Source: Eubacterium sp.
GTDB taxonomy: Bacteria; Bacillota; Clostridia; Lachnospirales; Lachnospiraceae
NCBI GenBank assembly: GCA_024684035.1
Contig: JAIKXQ010000059.1
Span: forward strand, 12,232 to 76,231
Length of the DNA stretch: 64,000 nucleotides
Direction of reading: 5' to 3'
This document shows positions 36,928-46,328 of this stretch, in pieces. A program made the position numbers and the translations under genes. The notes beneath the pieces are model-generated. The model ran no database searches and was not told where the DNA came from. It was given only the letters and a program-made list of their open reading frames with translations. Each line of letters begins with the position of its first letter. Position 1 is the stretch's first letter.

Positions 36928-37457
36928 TTCTCATACTCCTTGATTTTGACAGGTATTCCGTAGACGACTTCTGTGACGGCATCTGCTCTTTTTCCGAGAT
37001 CCTGATGGATCCGGCCGAGATTTTCGAGATACCGGAGGGTCATATCATCGTAGACTTCGATGCCTTCTGTGAAGACCTCACCTGTGACAATATAGAGATT
37101 TCCGGCCTGTTCCATCAAATGATGGAGACCATCCAGAACAGAGGATACCGCCAGATCCATATTTCCGGCGGGTGAGAACATTTCGTTTGCAAGAAGATTC
37201 GGCACATCTTCCAGGAGAACCGTGGAGCCTTTGGGTATTTCAAGATCTTTAAGGCCGGTTGCCTGTTCAATGGTTTGAAAATAGAGACTCTCTCTTCTGT
37301 CACGGTGTTTCTGTATTCGGGCTGCATTCTCCGAATCATTTCCCTTCACCATGGTGGCCAGGTAAATGCGGCCGGTATCTTTCGTTTCGACCCGAATCAG
37401 CTGTTCTGCGTAAGCCGATTTTCCACTGGCACTTCCGCCTGTAATCAGATGGATCAT
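36924..37457 (-). CDS. cobU: Adenosylcobinamide kinase / phosphate guanylyltransferase
   Basis: ITGGSASGKS.YAE, YLATM, RIQKHRDRR (catalytic His), F.TIE. Confidence 0.9.
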   Translation of the reverse strand: MIHLITGGSASGKSAYAEQLIRVETKDTGRIYLATMVKGNDSENAARIQKHRDRRESLYFQTIEQATGLKDLEIPKGSTVLLEDVPNLLANEMFSPAGNMDLAVSSVLDGLHHLMEQAGNLYIVTGEVFTEGIEVYDDMTLRYLENLGRIHQDLGKRADAVTEVVYGIPVKIKEYEK

Positions 37458-38542
37458 TTTAATTCCTCATAGGCGCTGATGTCATCCTCTTCAAACGTAG
37501 ACATTCGCCGGTATACTTCCAGAGCCATGTCCATGACAGGAAAGAGAACAACTGCTCCACTTCCCTCGCCCAGGCACATGTCGCAGGTCAGATGTGCTTC
37601 CAGGTTGAGCGCTTCGAGAATCTGTACGGCTGCCGGTTCCTTCGAGACATGAGAGGCGATCATATAGCTCACGGCTTCCGGACAGAGTCTTGCAGCTAAC
37701 AGCGCGGCTGTTCCGGAAATAAAACCGTCGATGACAACAGGAAGATGATACAGTGCTCCACCGATGAAGATGCCCGCCATTCCTCCGATGTCAAAACCGC
37801 CGACTTTCGACAATACTTCGACGGGATCCTGCGGATCCGGCCGGTGCAGGGCGATGGACGAGCGGATTACATCTATTTTTCTCCGGAGGCCTACGGAACT
37901 CAGGCCTGCTCCTCTACCGGTCATCTCTTCAGGATCCTTACCCAGAAGGACACAGGACACAGCGCTGCTGGTGGTGGTGTTGCCGATCCCCATTTCGCCG
38001 GTGGCAAGGACGTGATATCCCTTTTCCTTCAACTCCCCTGCCAGCTGAACGCCGGTGAGTATGGAGCGCAGAGCTTCATCTCTTGACATTGAGGGCTCCT
38101 TTGCCATATTCCTGGTTCCGGGAGCAATCTTCATGTTTCTAAGGGAAGTTTCTCTTGCCACACCGATATCAATGGGGAGAATCACTGCGCCTGCCTTTTT
38201 GCAGAGGATGGCGGCACTTGCCTTGTCGGTGAGAAAGTTTTCTGCCACAGCCGCAGTGACTTCCTGGCCGGTCTGTGTCACCCCTTCTTCCACTACACCG
38301 TTGTCCGCACACATGACAACCAGACACTTCTTTTTAAATTGTACCTGATCGGTGCCTTGAATTGCGGCTGCCCGGATCACCAGATCCTCAAGTTTTCCCA
38401 GGCTGTGAAGGGGATGGGCAATGCTGTTCCATCTCTTCTGCGCTTTTTCTGCAAATGTAAAATCCGGTGGTGTTACCATCCGGATCATTGATTTCAGCTG
38501 CTTCTCGTTTTCTGTCATAAGATTTCTGCTGTCTGTATTCAT
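37454..38542 (-). CDS. cobT: Nicotinate-nucleotide:dimethylbenzimidazole phosphoribosyltransferase
   Basis: SLGKLE, ADNGVVEEGV, GEMGIGNTTTS, DGFIS, LGEGSGA. Confidence 0.95.
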   Translation of the reverse strand: MNTDSRNLMTENEKQLKSMIRMVTPPDFTFAEKAQKRWNSIAHPLHSLGKLEDLVIRAAAIQGTDQVQFKKKCLVVMCADNGVVEEGVTQTGQEVTAAVAENFLTDKASAAILCKKAGAVILPIDIGVARETSLRNMKIAPGTRNMAKEPSMSRDEALRSILTGVQLAGELKEKGYHVLATGEMGIGNTTTSSAVSCVLLGKDPEEMTGRGAGLSSVGLRRKIDVIRSSIALHRPDPQDPVEVLSKVGGFDIGGMAGIFIGGALYHLPVVIDGFISGTAALLAARLCPEAVSYMIASHVSKEPAAVQILEALNLEAHLTCDMCLGEGSGAVVLFPVMDMALEVYRRMSTFEEDDISAYEELK

Positions 38543-38663
38543 ATATGTTTAAAAACTCTCAGATACGTTGTTTTGTCATTCGCTCTCAGGGGATAAGCAT
38601 ATCCATAGAAGGACGTTGACACGATTATGTCAGAAATTCCCCTGTGCAGTATACAACTTCAGG

Positions 38664-38703
38664 AAAAAAACTGCAACCGGCTGACAATCATCAGCCGGTG
38701 CAG
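38664..38703 (-). terminator. Terminator after thrC
   Basis: CTGCA.CCGGCTGA/TCAGCCGGTTGCAG stem followed by a T7 run on the - strand. Confidence 0.8.
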
Positions 38704-38796
38704 ATCGTTACCTATTCGATATGTAATACTTATATGCGGTGTTTTCCTGTATGGTACCCGTTGTTATCCGCGATATACGGTGATGCGGACCTATGA

Positions 38797-40287
38797 TCAG
38801 AGACCCAGCATCTCTTTTACAACATTCTCCATCTCATCTACATTCGCTACTGTATTGTGTCGGATCGGGGCAGATTTGATCTCTTCGATGGCCTGCGGTA
38901 CATCTACGCCGGAAACCTCATGAAGAGCGTCGAACTGCTCGAGATCTGTCATGCTGTCGAACTTGTCGGCATCAATGGCGTGAAGGACGCTTCTTGCAAA
39001 CTTGTACGGACTTGCTGTGGAGGCAATAACCGTAGGAAGAGTATCCTTTGTTTCCTCTCTGTACTTGTCATATACACAGGCTGCAACAGCTGTGTGAGGA
39101 TCCAGAACGTATTTGTCGCTCTTGTAGATTCTGTCGATGGTTGCAGATACTTCGTTCTCATCTGCAAAAGCACCGTAGAAATCAGCGAGCTGCTTCTTCA
39201 TATCTTCATCGATCTCATATCTTCCGCCCTCTGACAGATTCTTCATAAGACCTGCAGTCTTTGCAGCATCTTTGCCTGAGATCAGGTAGATCAGACGCTC
39301 AAGGTTGCTGGACACAAGGATATCCATGGACGGTGAAGATGTCAGGATGAACGGACGGTTTTTGTCATAGGCGCCGGTCTGGAAGAAGTCGAAAAGGACT
39401 TTGTTCTCATTGGACGCGCAGATGAGCTTATTGATCGGAAGACCGATCTGTTTTGCGTAGTAAGCTGCGAGAATGTTTCCGAAGTTTCCTGTCGGAACGG
39501 TTACGTTGATCTCGTCTCCGGCTTTGATCACTCCGTTTCTTACCAGTGTAGCGTATGCATATACATAGTATGCAGCCTGCGGAACGAGACGTCCGATGTT
39601 GATGGAGTTGGCGGAGCTGAACTGAACGCCCTTTGCATCCATCTCTGCTGCGAGCTCTTTGTTTCCGAAGATCTTCTTTACGCCTGTCTGGGCATCATCG
39701 AAGTTACCGCGGATGGCAACTACGTGAGTGTTTTCACCTTTCTGTGTGCGCATCTGGCGTTCCTGAACCGGGCTTACGCCGTCCTTCGGGAAGAAGACGA
39801 TGATCTCTGTTCCCGGTACATCGGCGAATCCGGCCATTGCAGCCTTTCCGGTATCTCCGGATGTAGCTGTGAGAATGCAGATTTTATTCTTGATATTGTT
39901 CTTGCGCGCAGCGGTTGTCATCAGATACGGAAGAATGGAAAGAGCCATATCCTTGAATGCGATGGTTTTTCCGTGGAAAAGCTCGAGGAAATAAGCGCCG
40001 TCCGCGTCCTTGAGAGGTGCGATCTCCGGCACATCGAACTTGCTGTCATACGCATGATCGATGCAATATCTCAGCTCTTCTTCCGTGTAATCCGTGAGGA
40101 AAAGGGACATTACTTCGTATGCCACATCACTGTAATTCATCTTCGCAAGGTCATCAAGTGAGCAACCAAGCTTCGGGAATGCCTCCGGAATGTAAAGTCC
40201 ACCGTCTGCTGCAAGTCCGTTCAGAACTGCTTTGGAAGCAGGAACTCCGTTTTCTGCACCCCTTGTGCTGCTGTATAAAATCTGCAT
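38797..40287 (-). CDS. thrC: Threonine synthase
   Basis: YSSTRG, GLAADGGL, ELFHGKTIAFKD, ATSGDTG, SANSINIGRL, PTGNFGN; start at 40287. Confidence 0.95.
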   Translation of the reverse strand: MQILYSSTRGAENGVPASKAVLNGLAADGGLYIPEAFPKLGCSLDDLAKMNYSDVAYEVMSLFLTDYTEEELRYCIDHAYDSKFDVPEIAPLKDADGAYFLELFHGKTIAFKDMALSILPYLMTTAARKNNIKNKICILTATSGDTGKAAMAGFADVPGTEIIVFFPKDGVSPVQERQMRTQKGENTHVVAIRGNFDDAQTGVKKIFGNKELAAEMDAKGVQFSSANSINIGRLVPQAAYYVYAYATLVRNGVIKAGDEINVTVPTGNFGNILAAYYAKQIGLPINKLICASNENKVLFDFFQTGAYDKNRPFILTSSPSMDILVSSNLERLIYLISGKDAAKTAGLMKNLSEGGRYEIDEDMKKQLADFYGAFADENEVSATIDRIYKSDKYVLDPHTAVAACVYDKYREETKDTLPTVIASTASPYKFARSVLHAIDADKFDSMTDLEQFDALHEVSGVDVPQAIEEIKSAPIRHNTVANVDEMENVVKEMLGL

Positions 40288-40407
40288 GAAATACTTCCTC
40301 CTGTAAAAATTACTGCGACCCAGGGTCTGGGACATATTTGTTATCGCTTTAAAGCAATACATTGCGTATTATTATAACACACCGTCTACGAAAAGACTAC
40401 GGATGAT

Positions 40408-42069
40408 TTAACGGTTATTGATGGAAGTTACGAGGGCATCGATGGATGCGCGGATAATATCCGCATCCACGCCAGCTCCCCATGCGGAGCTTCCGTCCGG
40501 CTTTGTAATGCCAACATAGGCGATGGCTTTGGAACTGGAGCTCTTGGCAAGGGCGTGCTCCTGATAAGTATCCAGTTCATATTCGAAGTCAAAAGCAGTC
40601 TTCAGTGCATTGCTTACGGAATCAAGACGTCCGTTGCCCTCTGCCACACAGTCGATCCAGTCGCCGTCTCCGTATTTCGCGTGGACAGTTGCCTCGATGC
40701 GGCCCTCTTCCAGCTGGCGGAAATGCACACCGTTGACAGTGAGAGGCTCTTTGACATTCTCGAATTTCTGTTTGAAGAGACTGAAGATCTCCTCCGGTTT
40801 GAGTTCCTTGTGAAGATGATCGGACAGATCTTTTGCAGCATAGCCCATGGCCTCGCGCATTTTTTTCGGAAGCATCAGATCATAATTGGCCTCGAGAATG
40901 TAGCCGACTCCACCCTTACCGGACTGACTGTTGATACGGATGACATCTGCGTCGTAATTTCTTCCGATGTCCGTAGGATCAATGGGAAGATAAGGTACGG
41001 TCCAGTGATCCGGATCCTTTGTCTCAATCCAGCGCATTCCCTTTGCGATCGCATCCTGATGAGATCCGGAGAAGGCAGCAAATACAAGGGCTCCGCAGTA
41101 AGGACTTCTGGGATTGACATCCATACCTGTGTAGCTTTCATATTTCGAACAGATGTCCGGCATATCGTTGAAGTTCAGCTCAGGATCAACTCCCTGCATA
41201 TAGAGGTTCATTCCCAACGTGATGACATCCACGTTTCCGGTACGCTCTCCGTTACCAAAGAGAGTTCCCTCTACACGATCTGCTCCGGCCAGTACGCCGA
41301 GCTCAGCATCGCTGACACCACAACCTCTGTCATTGTGCGGGTGAAGGGACAGAACCACATTCTCTCTGTATTTCAGATTTTTGCTCATGTATTCGATCTG
41401 ACTTGCGTATACGTGAGGCATGGAGAGCTCGACGGTACTCGGAAGGTTGATGATAGCTTTGCGGTCTGCAGTAGGTTTCCACACATCAAGAACAGCATTA
41501 CATACCTCCAGAGCGTACTCCGGCTCGGTTCCTGTGAAACTCTCAGGGCTGTATTCAAAGCGGTATTTCTGTCCTGCCTCATCGGTCAGTTTCTGAAGAA
41601 GTTTTGCGCCTTCGACTGCGATCTGTTTGATCTCTTCTTTGTCTTTCCGGAATACCTGCTGTCTCTGGGCAAAGGATGTCGAGTTGTATACGTGAACAAT
41701 CGCGTTTTTACATCCCTCCAGTGCCTCGAAGGTTTTCTTGATGATATGCTCTCTGGCCTGTGTAAGAACCTGAACGGTAACATCATCCGGAATCAGATTC
41801 TCCTCAATCAGTCTGCGAAGGAAGACATACTCTGTCTCGGAAGCTGCCGGGAAACCGACTTCGATCTCCTTGAAACCGACTTCACAGAGCATTTTGAAGA
41901 ATTCAATTTTGGTGTCGAGGTCCATGGGGATTACCAGAGCCTGGTTTCCGTCACGAAGGTCTACGCTGCACCATACCGGTGCCTTCTCGATATGATCCTT
42001 CTGTGCCCACTCGGTGTATCCTTTTGGAGCCGGATAATACTGTCTCATGTACTTCTTGAAATTCATCAT
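40408..42069 (-). CDS. leuA: 2-isopropylmalate synthase (alpha/yeast-type)
   Basis: WCSVDLRDGNQAL, FEYSPESF, SLHPHNDRG, GNGERTGN, AFSGSHQDAI. Confidence 0.96.
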   Translation of the reverse strand: MMNFKKYMRQYYPAPKGYTEWAQKDHIEKAPVWCSVDLRDGNQALVIPMDLDTKIEFFKMLCEVGFKEIEVGFPAASETEYVFLRRLIEENLIPDDVTVQVLTQAREHIIKKTFEALEGCKNAIVHVYNSTSFAQRQQVFRKDKEEIKQIAVEGAKLLQKLTDEAGQKYRFEYSPESFTGTEPEYALEVCNAVLDVWKPTADRKAIINLPSTVELSMPHVYASQIEYMSKNLKYRENVVLSLHPHNDRGCGVSDAELGVLAGADRVEGTLFGNGERTGNVDVITLGMNLYMQGVDPELNFNDMPDICSKYESYTGMDVNPRSPYCGALVFAAFSGSHQDAIAKGMRWIETKDPDHWTVPYLPIDPTDIGRNYDADVIRINSQSGKGGVGYILEANYDLMLPKKMREAMGYAAKDLSDHLHKELKPEEIFSLFKQKFENVKEPLTVNGVHFRQLEEGRIEATVHAKYGDGDWIDCVAEGNGRLDSVSNALKTAFDFEYELDTYQEHALAKSSSSKAIAYVGITKPDGSSAWGAGVDADIIRASIDALVTSINNR

Positions 42070-42093
42070 TGAATATGTCCTCCCATTTCATAT

Positions 42094-42380
42094 AAAAAAA
42101 ACCTACATCTCTTCCTGCTTTTGAAAGAGACGTAGGATATTCTACGCGGTACCACTCTTCTTCACGAATCCTCGTGCTCTCATGGATACTATCTGATGCA
42201 ATCAGCCAGATGGTATATCCTGCTCCTGTAACGGTGAGCATCCGTCTGCGTCTACTGAACCGAAAAAAATAAACCGGTCGTTGGGGCAGCCACTCGGAGG
42301 GGAGTTCCATAAGTGTCTTCTGCTGTTTCACACCGGCCAACAGCTCTCTGAATTCCAACCACAAATGTACTGATCCTCGT
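42094..42380 (-). promoter_or_regulatory. T-box riboswitch, leucine specifier CUC
   Basis: AAGAGTGGTACCGCG T-box (42145-42159), AGAGA and GGTGTGAA stem I elements, GAA-CTC specifier (42302-42304), terminator with T run. Confidence 0.9.
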
Positions 42381-42475
42381 CAACGTATTTAACTTCATTC
42401 AACATAGCATTAAATTCAATAAAAGTCAACCATCGCCATGCTTATTTTTTAGCAGATGATGGTTGACCGTAAAAT

Positions 42476-44008
42476 TTATTTTGTTTTCTTCATTTCATCG
42501 AATACATCTGTAACTTCTTTGGAAGGTGCAGGTGTACAGAGACTTACGAGGATGTTTACAAGGAACGCTACGACGAAAGCAGGAAGCAGTTCGTAGATAT
42601 CCCATGCTCCACCCATGGTGCGGATGGAAAATTTCCAAACAAAAATCATAACTCCACCGCTGAGCATTCCAAAAAGCGCGCCCCACATATTGGATCGTCT
42701 CCAGAACAGGGCAAGGAGTACAACCGGACCAAAGGCTGCTCCGAAGCCGGCCCAGGCGAAGGATACAATTCCGAATACAGAGCTGTCCGGATTCCATGCG
42801 ATCGCAATGCCGATCACAGCGATGATGAGAAGGCTGACTCTGGCAACCTTCAGCAGGGTCTTCTCGGCAATCTCCATATGGAAGAACTCATGAATGATGT
42901 TCTCGGATACAGAGGAAGATGCTGCCAGAAGCTGTGAATCCGCTGTGGACATCGTAGCTGCAAGAATACCGGAAAGAACGATACCTGCTGCTACAGCAAG
43001 AGGCACATTGTGACGGCTCATGACATCGGCAATCTTTACGATGATCGTCTCGGAACCGGATCCCTGAAGGGATACAATACTTCCCGCTTTAGACATAGCC
43101 AGACCTACAATACCGATGAGGATGGCGATGCCCATGGAGAGAACAACCCAGATGGAAGCAACTCTTCTGGAAGTTTTCAGCTTATTCTCGTCCTCAATCG
43201 CCATGAAGCGAAGAAGGATGTGGGGCATTCCGAAATAACCAAGTCCCCATGCCAGGGTAGAAATAACAGTAATGAAGCCGTATCCTGCAGCTTTGCCTGT
43301 TTCCGGATTAAAGGTTGCGCCAAAGCTCAGATATCCCGGAAGGGATTTTGCATTCTCGACCACTGCTCCTACTCCGCCTGCAGACTCAATACCGAACAGA
43401 AGGATGATGATCAGAGCCAATGTCATAACGATACTCTGAATAAAATCCGTAAGACTGGCTGCAAGGAAACCACCGGTCATGGTATAGGCGATAATAACAA
43501 TTGCACTGACGATCATGGCAATGTGATACTGAACACCGAACAGACTGGAGAAAAGCTTTCCGCAGGCTGCAAAACCGGATCCTGTGTAAGGAATAAAGAA
43601 TACGATGATGGTGGTCGCACCGATCATCATGAGAACGCGACGTTTATCACCGTAGCGGTCGGAGAAGAAATCCGGAATTGTGATGGATCCGGTTCTCGCT
43701 GTGTAGCGACGGATTCTCCTTGCCACAAGGAGCCAGTTCAGGTAGGTGCCGACAGCAAGGCCGATCGCTGTCCATCCAACATCAGCCAGACCGGTCAGAT
43801 AAGCCAGACCCGGCAGCCCCATCAGAAGATAGGAACTCATATCGGAAGCTTCCGCACTCATGGCCGTAACCAGCGGTCCAAGCTTTCTGCCTCCGAGGTA
43901 AAAATCACTTACAGTTTCATTCTGCTTTGCGTACAGGAAGCCGATAATCAGCATTCCCAGCAGATAGACGATCATGGACACCATGATCAGCATCTGTGCA
44001 CTTGTCAT
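42476..44008 (-). CDS. putP: Sodium/proline symporter
   Basis: YLGGRKLGP, SAEASDMS, WGLGYFGMPHILLRFMA, MSTADSQLL, FAWAGFG. Confidence 0.93.
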   Translation of the reverse strand: MTSAQMLIMVSMIVYLLGMLIIGFLYAKQNETVSDFYLGGRKLGPLVTAMSAEASDMSSYLLMGLPGLAYLTGLADVGWTAIGLAVGTYLNWLLVARRIRRYTARTGSITIPDFFSDRYGDKRRVLMMIGATTIIVFFIPYTGSGFAACGKLFSSLFGVQYHIAMIVSAIVIIAYTMTGGFLAASLTDFIQSIVMTLALIIILLFGIESAGGVGAVVENAKSLPGYLSFGATFNPETGKAAGYGFITVISTLAWGLGYFGMPHILLRFMAIEDENKLKTSRRVASIWVVLSMGIAILIGIVGLAMSKAGSIVSLQGSGSETIIVKIADVMSRHNVPLAVAAGIVLSGILAATMSTADSQLLAASSSVSENIIHEFFHMEIAEKTLLKVARVSLLIIAVIGIAIAWNPDSSVFGIVSFAWAGFGAAFGPVVLLALFWRRSNMWGALFGMLSGGVMIFVWKFSIRTMGGAWDIYELLPAFVVAFLVNILVSLCTPAPSKEVTDVFDEMKKTK

Positions 44009-44137
44009 AAATTCTCCCTCATTTCATGTTTCTTCTAGATTTAGAATGTCGTGCAATCCTTCGAAGTCAGCACTTCAAACCATTGTCGAACATTTTAGCA
44101 CATTAACGTGAAAAAAACAATGCATTCCTGTCAATTC

Positions 44138-44415
44138 ATCCGCCACAGAACCAGAGCATACACGCGTACACGTCGCTCTCGTCCTCAGCGCTCCGCCGCC
44201 TATTGCGGGGTGCTCCCACAAAAAGCTCAACCGCTTTGCCTTATGCCCTTCGGGCGATGTCCAAAGCGGTCTCAAACATTGCACGTCTACTCTCCGCTCC
44301 GGTCCGCGCTAAACGAACGTCCCCCGGACGTTCAGCGCCGCACCCGCGCTATGCTCGCGCTTCGTTCTCCGCTTCCAAGTGTACGCTTAGCATGACTCTG
44401 GCTCTGTAGGCGGAT
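44138..44415 (-). repeat. Family 1 copy B, with an extra GAACGTCC-CCC-GGACGTTC arm
   Basis: Reverse complement shares GCAATGTTTGAGACCGCTTTG exactly (21 bp) and about 130 bp overall with copy A; has its own long outer stem. Confidence 0.8.
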
Positions 44416-44567
44416 TGCCTATCCGTTAAAAAACACAGGCTTTTATTTATTTGCCTATCCGCTAGGATAATCATCAAATTGTATAGAATAAGATACCCGC
44501 TTTGAGCTTCGCGCCGTTTCATGATATTTTAATACTGAGATAAGACAAAGATGAAAGGTGTGACAAC

Positions 44568-46328
44568 ATGACAAAACTGTTTACCTATCTGAGAATGCAC
44601 ATGATTCAGACAATCCTCGCTCCTCTGTTCAAGATGCTGGAGGCTGTTTTTGAACTGATTGTGCCGCTCGTAGTCGCCCGTATGATCGATACCGGCGTGG
44701 CAAACCGTGACGTGCCATATTTGATCCGTGAGGGAATCATTCTGGTTCTTCTGGGAGTGATCGGCTTCCTTGCAGCTGTTACTGCCCAGTACTTTTCGGC
44801 AAATGTGGCTGTTATCACGGGAACCTCTCTTCGGAACGATCTGTTCCGTCATATCCAGACGCTGTCCTGGAGACAGATCGATGAGATCGGGACTTCAACG
44901 CTGATCACCCGCATGACCAGTGATATCAATACGGTTCAGAACGGAGTCAATATGTTCCTCCGCCTGTTCCTTCGTTCTCCCTTTGTGGTTCTGGGAGCGG
45001 TCGTGATGGCCTTTACCGTGGACACGCAGACGGCACGGGCTTTTGCCGTTGCAGTTCCGGTGCTGGCGGTGATTGTTTTTACAATTCTGCTTATAACCAT
45101 GCCCCTTTACAAAAATGTGCAGAAGAAGCTGGATGACGTTATGCGGATGACCCGGGAAAATCTTCTGGGTGTGCGTGTTGTCCGTGCATTTAACCGCCAG
45201 GAGGATGAAAAACGTGCTTTTGATCAGAATGCATCGGAGTACTATCGCAGACAGATTTTCGTGGGAAAGATATCCGCGCTGCTTAATCCACTGACCTATG
45301 TGGTCATCAATGCCGGCATCATCGGCATCCTCTGGATCGGTGGCCTTAGAGTCGATACGGGAGACCTTACCCGTGGAGAAGTCATCGCCCTCGTCAACTA
45401 TATGAGTCAGATTCTGGTGGAGATGATCAAACTGGCCAATCTCATCATTCTGCTCTCCCGCGCCATTGCTTCGATGAAGCGTGTGGATGCTGTTTTTGCA
45501 ATGGAGAATCCTATGAAAGACGGAGACGTTCCTCTTCCCGCCTGTCCGAAAGGCGGCATGGAGATCGATTTTAAGGATGTGACCTTCGGTTATGAAAAGG
45601 AAGCTGCTCCTGCGCTGGATCATATTTCTTTTCACATAGAAGGCGGATCGACCCTTGGCATCATCGGAGGTACAGGTTCCGGAAAGAGCACTCTTGTTCA
45701 TCTCCTCGGACGTTTCTACGATCCCGATTCAGGCAGTGTTCTTCTCAACGGAAAAGATCTGCGGGAAATGAAACTGGCATGGCTTCGGGGACGCATTGGC
45801 CTTGTACCTCAAAAGGCGGTGCTTTTCGCAGGAAGTCTTCGGGAGAATATGAAATGGGGGGATGAAGAGGCGACGGATGATGAGATCTACCGCGCCCTTG
45901 AAATCGCCCAGACAAGGGAATTCGTGGACGAAAAAAAGGAGGGGCTGGATCTTGGCATCGAACAGGAGGGACGCAATCTCTCCGGTGGTCAGCGGCAGAG
46001 ACTGACCATTGCCAGGGCGCTGGTACGTGAACCGGAACTGCTGATTCTCGATGACAGTGCTTCTGCCCTGGATTTCGCCACAGACGCGAAACTTCGGAAA
46101 GCTATCCGGGAAAGCAAGGGAAGATCCACGGTGATACTGGTATCCCAGCGAGTGAGTACCGTGCGGAATTCGGACAGGATTCTGGTACTGGACGACGGAC
46201 AGTCTGCAGGCTTCGGTACGCACCAGGAGCTTCTCAGAAGCTGTGACGTCTACCGTGAGATCTGTCAGTCCCAGATGACGGAGGAAGAAATCGCGGAAGA
46301 TCTTGGAAAAGGAGGTGACAGAGCATGA
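44568..46328 (+). CDS. ABC exporter, fused permease/ATPase (heterodimer subunit 1)
   Basis: GGTGSGKS, LSGGQRQRL, degenerate Walker B LILDDSASALD. Confidence 0.93.
   Translation: MTKLFTYLRMHMIQTILAPLFKMLEAVFELIVPLVVARMIDTGVANRDVPYLIREGIILVLLGVIGFLAAVTAQYFSANVAVITGTSLRNDLFRHIQTLSWRQIDEIGTSTLITRMTSDINTVQNGVNMFLRLFLRSPFVVLGAVVMAFTVDTQTARAFAVAVPVLAVIVFTILLITMPLYKNVQKKLDDVMRMTRENLLGVRVVRAFNRQEDEKRAFDQNASEYYRRQIFVGKISALLNPLTYVVINAGIIGILWIGGLRVDTGDLTRGEVIALVNYMSQILVEMIKLANLIILLSRAIASMKRVDAVFAMENPMKDGDVPLPACPKGGMEIDFKDVTFGYEKEAAPALDHISFHIEGGSTLGIIGGTGSGKSTLVHLLGRFYDPDSGSVLLNGKDLREMKLAWLRGRIGLVPQKAVLFAGSLRENMKWGDEEATDDEIYRALEIAQTREFVDEKKEGLDLGIEQEGRNLSGGQRQRLTIARALVREPELLILDDSASALDFATDAKLRKAIRESKGRSTVILVSQRVSTVRNSDRILVLDDGQSAGFGTHQELLRSCDVYREICQSQMTEEEIAEDLGKGGDRA

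Noticed and set aside
40555-42072. Long antisense ORFs opposite leuA, and similar ones opposite cbiD, putP, leuC, ilvC and the AAA+ gene
   Set aside because: Expected shadow frames of well-supported genes with biased codon usage
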